This document shows, piece after piece, positions 56,282 through 64,000 of a stretch of DNA of 64,000 nt. The notes under the pieces are model-generated. The model did not search any database and was not told the DNA's origin. It worked only from the letters and a program-made list of their open reading frames with translations. A program made the translations under genes and the position numbers. Positions within the stretch are counted from its first letter, which is position 1, and the number at the start of each line of letters is the position of its first letter. The stretch comes from Acidobacteriota bacterium (GTDB lineage Bacteria; Acidobacteriota; UBA890; WLXD01), in assembly GCA_965205505.1 (NCBI GenBank), contig CBDBHB010000006.1:460175-524174 (forward strand), given 5' to 3'.

Positions 56282-58060
56282 TTATGGAATGTCGAGCGTG
56301 GTCTGCGGGTTGACGTACACGACGCGGCCGTCGAAAAGCGTCATCTCGCACACCATGTCCTTGATGTCGGCCGTGGGCACCGTGTACGGGTCACGGTCCC
56401 ATACCGCGATATCGGCGTACTTGCCGACCTCGATCGAGCCGATCTTGTCCTCCAGGAACATCTGGCGCGCGCTCCAGATGGTGTAGGAGCGTAGCGCGGT
56501 GCGGATATCCACCGACTCGTCTGATCCGTACGGGTTGTCGCCGTACACGCCCAGCAAGGTCTCGCGTGCCACCGACGCCCACAACCCATAGCGGGCCTCG
56601 AACGGCGTAACGCTGAAATCGGACGCACTTGCCCAGGGGATGCCCTTCTCGACAAAGGTCGCGAACGGGTTGAGGCGCAACGCCCGATCGGGGCCGAAGT
56701 TGCCGGCGTAGGTATCGCCGATCCACCACATGAAGGGCGGCGAGGGCTCCGGGAAGCCGGCGTCGAACTCTCGCTGTAGCCGCGCCATCGTGTCGATGGC
56801 GTGGTCGGTGGGGATGTTGGCGTGGATAATGCCGTGGCGTAGTCCGGGACGGGGATTGTCCTCGAGCGCCATGGCGTAGCTGTCGACCACCCAGTCGATG
56901 CCTCGATCGCCGATCGAGTGGGTGCTGACGTGGAGGCCGGCGTCGTGGAACAGCCGAATCTTGTCGCGAATCAGCTCCGCCGGCTCCACCGGGTAGCCGC
57001 GATTGCCGATGTCGACCTGGTCGAAATCGCGGTTCCAGTCGTCGTACATCCAGGCGGTGCGCGCCCCGCCGCTGCCGTCGATCATGAGTTTGATACCACC
57101 GGAGATCAAACGATCGTCGCCGGTCGATTCGTACGGCCTGGTAAACGGCCCCACACGCTCCGCCAACGCCTCCGCGTCGCTCAGGTCTCCCCGGCTGCGC
57201 CACAGGACGAATACCCTGACCGAGAGGTCGCCATCGGCGAGCACGTCGGCGTACGCGTCCCAGGTTGCCTGCCCGATGCCGGGGTCCTTCACCCCGGTCA
57301 TGCCCTCGGCGTTGAAGGCCTGCGACAGGTCGCGCATGCCTTCGCGCACCTGCTCGGGGCTCATCGGTGGAATCAGACCGTTGACCAGCCCCTGGGCGCG
57401 CTCCTTCAACACGCCCGTGGCGTTGCCGTCGGCGTCGTGATCGATGGTGCCGCCGGGCGGATCCGGGGTGTCGCGGGTAACGCCGGCAAGCTCCATCGCC
57501 AGGCTGTTGGCGGTGCCATAGTGCCCCATGGTGTGCGTCAGCCACACGGGGTTGTCGGGAGCGATCGCGTCGAGGTCGGCTGCGGTGACGTAGCGCAACT
57601 CCTCGAACTTGCCCTCGTCCCAGCCACGGCCGCGGATCCAGTCGCCGGGCTCGGCCTGCGCGACACGCTCGGCGACCTTGTCGACCACATCGGCGACCGA
57701 AGTCACACCTGGGTAACTGAGATCGAGTACGAACATGCGCGTGGCGCGGCCGTTGCCGAAGTGAGCGTGAGCGTCGAGCAGCCCCGGCGTTGCCGCCCGG
57801 CCACCGAGATCGATCCTGCGGGTGGATACACCGACCAGTGTGTCGATCTCGGCGCTCGAGCCGACCGCGACGATGCGACCGTCCTTCACCGCAACGGCCT
57901 CGGCAACGCTATCGGTGGCGTCGACGGTGATGATCTTGCCGTTGACCAGCGCGACGTCGGCCGCCTCTTCTGCCGTCGGCCCGCCGCCACCACACGAAGC
58001 CAGCGCCATGCCAACAACCGCGACCACGCAACGGCCGCCGCTCCGAGATCTCTGGTTCAT
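56282..58060 (-). CDS. Amidohydrolase 3 family (YtcJ-like) lipoprotein
   Basis: PGLLDAHAH, GIKLMIDGS, THSIGDRG, IIHA and GSIEVGKYAD motifs; lipobox LAS-C. Confidence 0.92.
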   Translation of the reverse strand: MNQRSRSGGRCVVAVVGMALASCGGGGPTAEEAADVALVNGKIITVDATDSVAEAVAVKDGRIVAVGSSAEIDTLVGVSTRRIDLGGRAATPGLLDAHAHFGNGRATRMFVLDLSYPGVTSVADVVDKVAERVAQAEPGDWIRGRGWDEGKFEELRYVTAADLDAIAPDNPVWLTHTMGHYGTANSLAMELAGVTRDTPDPPGGTIDHDADGNATGVLKERAQGLVNGLIPPMSPEQVREGMRDLSQAFNAEGMTGVKDPGIGQATWDAYADVLADGDLSVRVFVLWRSRGDLSDAEALAERVGPFTRPYESTGDDRLISGGIKLMIDGSGGARTAWMYDDWNRDFDQVDIGNRGYPVEPAELIRDKIRLFHDAGLHVSTHSIGDRGIDWVVDSYAMALEDNPRPGLRHGIIHANIPTDHAIDTMARLQREFDAGFPEPSPPFMWWIGDTYAGNFGPDRALRLNPFATFVEKGIPWASASDFSVTPFEARYGLWASVARETLLGVYGDNPYGSDESVDIRTALRSYTIWSARQMFLEDKIGSIEVGKYADIAVWDRDPYTVPTADIKDMVCEMTLFDGRVVYVNPQTTLDIP

Positions 58061-58120
58061 CGGGTCGCCTCCTTCGTATGGGTCCGCGCGCCATGATAGC
58101 CGCGCGGGCCTTACTCACCT

Positions 58121-58230
58121 ATCGGTACCCTACCCGGACCCTACGAGCTGACCGCATTGCTCGGCAACGGTGGCTTGGGCGAGGTATATCTCGCCGACGA
58201 CACGCGGCTGGGGCGCCACGGAGGCGATCC
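58121..58230 (+). pseudogene. N-terminal fragment of a Hanks-type Ser/Thr protein kinase
   Basis: GPYELTALLGNGGLGEVYLADDTRLGR (kinase subdomain I). Similarity stops before the VAIK motif. Confidence 0.75.
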
Positions 58231-58681
58231 TCGCCGTTACGCGTTGAGTGGCCTCGGCCTACGTGTCCTGCTCCACGGCGACCGAGACCCGCATTCGATC
58301 GCTCGCCGACGTACCGATGACAGAGAACACACCGGCGAGCTGGCCTGTCACCGTCGAGGTCGACCGCCCCGCTGGCAACCGCGGCGGCCAGCGCGCTGTC
58401 GACATGGAGCCCCAAGCCCACCGTTGCCTGTCCGTTGGACGAGGCCACGCGGCCAATGCCCAGGCCGTCGAACTGTCCGGAGCTCGAGAGCTGCACATGA
58501 AGCTCGGTTACGTAGCTCAGGACCACAAGCTCGGGCACCTGCAAAACAACCCGAGGCCGACACCGTGGTCGAAAACCTATCGGTCAGCTGCCAACGGAGG
58601 ACACGAAGCAAGATGGAAAGCGCTTCGGCCTACTCTTCCAGAACTCGTAGCAGGACCCGGGACGGTCAGCCTGAGCTCGGC

Positions 58682-59095
58682 TTAGCAGGAACGATCCTCA
58701 TCGGCCGTCACCGCCGCAAGCAGGAAGGCGCCGCCGGCGGCGGCGAAGACCGACGAATCCAGCGGTGACTTGATCCCCTCGGCGATGGCCATGGTCAGCG
58801 CGAACAAGAGCAGCAGCACGCCGCTGGCGCATGCGGCCAACTTCAACCGCCACCCTACCAGGAGAGCGATCGCGCAAGCGATTTCGCCAAGCGTGGCAAC
58901 CCAGCCCACCAGCGGGATGAGGAACGCCGGCAGGAACCAGTTGAGCGCCGCGACGTAATCCAGAAACTCCGACCACTTTCCCCAGGCGACGCCGGGGGCC
59001 CCTGGCGCTCCCCACAGACCGACTCGATCCGCCGTCGCCGACAGAAACCCGGCCGCCAAGGCGATGCGTAAGAACCACCGAGTGCCGTTCAACAC
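58682..59095 (-). CDS. DoxX family membrane protein
   Basis: FLRIALAAGFLSATADRVGLWG...VAWG.W..F..Y...LN, then ATLGEI and IKSPLDSSVF. Confidence 0.85.
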   Translation of the reverse strand: MLNGTRWFLRIALAAGFLSATADRVGLWGAPGAPGVAWGKWSEFLDYVAALNWFLPAFLIPLVGWVATLGEIACAIALLVGWRLKLAACASGVLLLLFALTMAIAEGIKSPLDSSVFAAAGGAFLLAAVTADEDRSC

Positions 59096-59098
59096 TTT

Positions 59099-59663
59099 TC
59101 AATCCACCCTCTTGGCCAGAACGATGCTCGGCTTGCCCCGTCCCTCCGCATCCGGCATGAGACCTACGACGGTGAACCCGACGCTGGCCCAGAACTCCCA
59201 TGCGTGGGGCTTGATGCTGGCGATGTCGGAGATAGCGCCCGCGGGATCGGCATATAGATCGACGTCGGCCAGGTTGGTCAATCCCATCTCGTCGCTGGTA
59301 CCGGCCCACAGGGTCAGAACGCCCTGCTCGCGCGCGTGTCGCTCGATATCCTCGATCAGCACGCGCCCGTAGCCGTTAGCCTTGGTGCGCGGTTGCAACC
59401 GCAATCGGGTGGATCTCCCAGACGCGGCCACCGCTATGAGGGATGATGCCGATCCAGCCCACGGGCTCTCCTGCCGAATCGATCAGTACCCGGCTCAGGC
59501 GTCCGGGAGTCAGCGATTCCAGGATCTCTAGCGTCGCGTCGTTGACCGTCGGCAGCCAGTTGGGAGAATGTTGCTTGAGGGCTTCGAAGACGAGCGGACC
59601 GAGTCGGCTGATCATCTTGCGATCGTGTCCGACCAGATCGACGATACGGTGATTCGTCGCCAT
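59099..59663 (-). pseudogene. GNAT acetyltransferase (AAC(6')-Ia-like), frameshifted near 59378
   Basis: GWIG...VWEIHPIAV...HQG/(+1)NGYGRVLI...TLWAGTSDE...TNL..VDLY...HAWEFW..VGFTVVGLMPDAEGRGKP. Confidence 0.8.
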
Positions 59664-59794
59664 GCTCACTCCGGCGCTTCGTTAGGGTTGTTGATTCTCG
59701 AGGGGTGCAAGTTGCAGTCCCGGGCGAGTACCTTGCAACGTCGGCCGACCAACGTCCAATCCCCCCGCACAGCTATCCGGATCCGGCGAACAGC

Positions 59795-60892
59795 TCAAGA
59801 GTGTCGACTCAGAAGGACCGTGATGGTGGCCTCGGCGTCGTTGGCGGTTGCCAGATCCGGCACGCCATCGCCGTCGTAGTCCCCCGACACGACCTGGTGG
59901 GGCTGCTGGCCGACCGCCACTGAGAACGCCACTTCGAGCTGACCGGCGCCGTCGTTCTGCAGCATCGAGACACGATGGCCGGAGTAGTCGGCGACGGCCA
60001 CGTCGAGGTCTCCGTCGCCGTCGTAGTCGAGAACCACGGCCGCCCAGGGTGTCTCGGGCACGATCACCGATACGTCGTGCTCCAGCGACCCATCGTGGTT
60101 GTCGAGCAGCATTACCTCTCCGGTGCCCGAGCTGGTGACAATCATGTCGACATCCCCGTCGCCGTCGAGATCGCCGCCCGCTGCAATGTGCTGTCGCGCT
60201 CCCAGAGTCAACGCTGCTCCCGGCGTGAAGCCACCGGAACCGTCGTTGATCAGCACGTTCACGGTGGCGGCGCTGAAGCTGGAAACTGCGAGGTCGGCAT
60301 CGCCGTCCGAATCCAGATCTGCAACGACCGCCCGCTCCGTGCCAGGGCTCGCCTCGACGACAGTCACGAGGCTGTAGCCGCCGCTGCCATCGTTGGCCAG
60401 TATCGATACAGTCGCAGATCCGAAGTCCGACACGGCCCAATCAGTGTCGCCGTCGCCGTCGATGTCCACGGCGACGATGGCGTGCGGGCTGGACCCGACC
60501 GATATCGTGGCACCGAGGGTAAACCCGGCACTGCCGTCGTTCAGCAGCAGAGCAACGTTGTCCGCACCAGCGTTGACGATCGCCAGGTCCAGGTCGCCAT
60601 CGGCGTCCACATCGGCTGTCGCAAGCGCCTCGGGCCGCTGCAACCCCTCGATCGTGACGCCGGCGACGAATCTGCCGCGCCCGTCGTTCAGCAGAATCGA
60701 GACACTGTTCGCCTGCTGGTTCGCAGTCGCCAGATCGAGATCACCGTCGCCGTCGAAGTCGCCCTGTTGCAGGTTGTACGCGGGAGTCGCCACGGGCACG
60801 TCGTGGCGCTCGAACCCCGCCGCCTGCGAATGAGCGCCTCCTCCAATAGCGGGCACGAGCACCGCCATCCAGACGAGCGTCGTTTTGGTCAT
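59795..60892 (-). CDS. Secreted FG-GAP/VCBS repeat beta-propeller protein
   Basis: Signal peptide and seven DxDGDGDxD-type repeats, most followed by VSILLNDG-like strands. Confidence 0.9.
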   Translation of the reverse strand: MTKTTLVWMAVLVPAIGGGAHSQAAGFERHDVPVATPAYNLQQGDFDGDGDLDLATANQQANSVSILLNDGRGRFVAGVTIEGLQRPEALATADVDADGDLDLAIVNAGADNVALLLNDGSAGFTLGATISVGSSPHAIVAVDIDGDGDTDWAVSDFGSATVSILANDGSGGYSLVTVVEASPGTERAVVADLDSDGDADLAVSSFSAATVNVLINDGSGGFTPGAALTLGARQHIAAGGDLDGDGDVDMIVTSSGTGEVMLLDNHDGSLEHDVSVIVPETPWAAVVLDYDGDGDLDVAVADYSGHRVSMLQNDGAGQLEVAFSVAVGQQPHQVVSGDYDGDGVPDLATANDAEATITVLLSRHS

Positions 60893-60970
60893 CGGCTATT
60901 GCCTCCGGGCATCGTTGTGCCAGTCTGTAGCATTCTATCGACGGGCAGATAACGGGCCGAGCGTGCGGCG

Positions 60971-62398
<1,428 letters not shown>

Positions 62399-62417
62399 CC
62401 GACTCGCGGGAGGGGGG

Positions 62418-64000
62418 CTAGGAGGTGGTGTGCCAGTCGGCGCTCGTCGAAGGCAGGGTGATGCGGAACGTCGTGCCCGTATCCGGATCGCTCTCCACGG
62501 CGATCGTGCCGCGGTGCTCCTGAATGATCCCGTAGCTCACCGACAGCCCGAGGCCGGTACCTTTGCCAATGCCCTTGGTCGTGAAGAACGGGTCGTAGAC
62601 CTTGTCGAGGTCGCTTTCCTTGATGCCCGTCCCCGTATCGCTGACCCGTAGCATCGAGTCGCCGTTGTTCTGCGTCGTCTCGATGCGCAACTCACCACCG
62701 GTAGGCATCGCGTCGCGAGCGTTGAGCAGTAAGTTCATGAGCACCTGCTGCAGCTTGATCGGGTCGCCGGTCACCGGCGCTACGTCGCCAAGCTTGGTGG
62801 TGATCTTGATGTTGCGCTTGTTGAGCTGGATCTCCGCCAGCGCCAGCGTGTCGTGTACCATATCGTTGAGATGGACGTGTCTGAAGTCGCCCGTCTCCTG
62901 GCGTGAGAAGTTCAGCAAATTGTTGACGATCTGCGAGGCACGGAACGATTGCTTTTCGATCTTCTCGAGGATAGCGAGGTGCGGGTCGGACTTCGGAAGC
63001 CGGCGCTGCAGCATCTGCACGTAGCTCGAGATGCCGGTCAGCGGTGTATTCACCTCATGCGCCACACCGGCGGCGAGGAGCCCGACCGATGTGAGCTTCT
63101 CGGCCTGCTGTAGCTGTGATTCAAGCTCGGCCCGCTCGGTGACGTCGTCGACGATGATCACCGTGCCCTCGCCGCCCTGCTCACCGACCAGGGGCGCCAT
63201 CGAAAACGTGACGACGCAGTCCTTTCCGGCGCGCGTGCGGAGTGGAATGCGATAGGCGGAAGTCACCGGCTCGAGGCCACGGTGCAGCTTGGCACGCGCA
63301 TCGGAGAGCACCCGGTTGAAGCTGGCAGGAAACAGCTCTTCAAGCGCCAGCCCCATGGCTTGCTCGGGCTCGATACCGTACAAGCGCGCCAGCGAGCGGT
63401 TCCATGACTGCACACGGCCATTTTCGTCCAGCACCATGACGCCGGCTTTGATGCTCTCGACAACGTTCTCGCTGTACTCTTTCAGGCGCTCGAGCTCGCC
63501 GGCGCGACGCTGCACTTCGCGGTACAGCAGGGCGTTGTCGATTGCCAGCGCGAGGTGCGCCGCCAGCGGCTGCAGTACCTTGAGATCCTCCGTCGACAAG
63601 TAGTCGCCGGAGAGCTTTCTGCCCAGCGCGAGCACGCCGATGATGTCGCCCTTGACGTCCAACGGTAGAAAGTACGACAGGTCCTCGGCCTCGAGGATCT
63701 CGCCATCGTCGGGGTTTTCGTCGAGCAGGTCTCCGAGGTCGTCGACGTAGAGAAATTCGCGCCTAGACAGTGCGCCTGCTACGAACTGGGAGAACGTCGA
63801 CGACAGTTGTCGGCCCTCCGTCAGTGCGCCGTTGGGTGGAACGATGCGCAGCGGGTCGCGCTCCCGCGCTCGCAGCAGCACGGCAACACGACCCACGTGC
63901 AGGGTCTCGCGAACCCGTTCGCGCGAGTAGGTCGACGACGCGCGAAAGGTCAGTTTCACTGTTGAGCTCGCGCCCGAAGTCCATGAGCGTACGGCGAGCC
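62418..64000 (-). CDS. GAF-PAS sensor histidine kinase (5' end outside the window; apparent frameshift near 63920)
   Basis: LAAGVAHEVNTPL, QQVLMNLLLNARDA, DTGTGI, DPFFTTK and GTGLGL motifs. Upstream MDFGRELNSETDLSRVVDLL continues as ERVRETL in another frame. Confidence 0.9.
   Translation of the reverse strand, partial: LAVRSWTSGASSTVKLTFRASSTYSRERVRETLHVGRVAVLLRARERDPLRIVPPNGALTEGRQLSSTFSQFVAGALSRREFLYVDDLGDLLDENPDDGEILEAEDLSYFLPLDVKGDIIGVLALGRKLSGDYLSTEDLKVLQPLAAHLALAIDNALLYREVQRRAGELERLKEYSENVVESIKAGVMVLDENGRVQSWNRSLARLYGIEPEQAMGLALEELFPASFNRVLSDARAKLHRGLEPVTSAYRIPLRTRAGKDCVVTFSMAPLVGEQGGEGTVIIVDDVTERAELESQLQQAEKLTSVGLLAAGVAHEVNTPLTGISSYVQMLQRRLPKSDPHLAILEKIEKQSFRASQIVNNLLNFSRQETGDFRHVHLNDMVHDTLALAEIQLNKRNIKITTKLGDVAPVTGDPIKLQQVLMNLLLNARDAMPTGGELRIETTQNNGDSMLRVSDTGTGIKESDLDKVYDPFFTTKGIGKGTGLGLSVSYGIIQEHRGTIAVESDPDTGTTFRITLPSTSADWHTTS

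Noticed and set aside
4517-58096. Long antisense or alternate-frame ORFs (e.g. 4517-5830, 15747-16850, 17337-18644, 29271-30782, 54719-55999, 56918-58096)
   Set aside because: They shadow well-supported genes, lack family motifs and are expected from high-GC codon bias.
59795-60892. Periodic GTCGCCGTC-type DNA repeats
   Set aside because: They encode the DxDGDGD FG-GAP protein repeats.

Overview
GC-rich bacterial chromosomal window. The lineage is probably Acidobacteriota and possibly marine; this is inferred from gene content and order, the acidic protein tails and a Na+-type membrane pyrophosphatase. The left half is a housekeeping backbone on the minus strand (tRNA-Gln, prs, rplY, pth, hppA, rpsF, rpsR, rplI, dnaB, alr, mlaE, mlaF, mlaD, rfbD). 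It is interrupted by a carbamoyltransferase/SxtJ/DUF5989 cassette and by rfbC, and preceded by hsp20 and a LuxE/AMP-ligase/ACP/SDR/flippase cluster. The middle holds glyA, transaldolase, a three-subunit acyl-CoA carboxylase split by a DUF885 gene, holB, pdxA, smpB, a nucleotide-sugar dehydrogenase with an in-frame TAG, folK and a deoxynucleoside kinase. The right part is accessory: a DUF5916 protein, TerC, a DUF885 + peptide-type ABC + oxidoreductase operon, an IS1111-type IS110 element, an S9 peptidase, an amidohydrolase, gene remnants, an FG-GAP protein and an NtrC-type two-component pair. The most unusual signals are non-coding. (i) About 580 bp between convergent pdxA and smpB contain two inverted homologous structured modules with compensatory stem changes, flanking a third, pseudoknot-capable module. 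(ii) A 279-bp CTAG-flanked MITE is built from two inverted homologous arms. (iii) MITE stubs, collapsed palindromes and an IS insertion recur at CTAG sites, several of them TAG stop codons. No CRISPR, rRNA or recognisable tmRNA was seen. Several frameshifts may be assembly errors.
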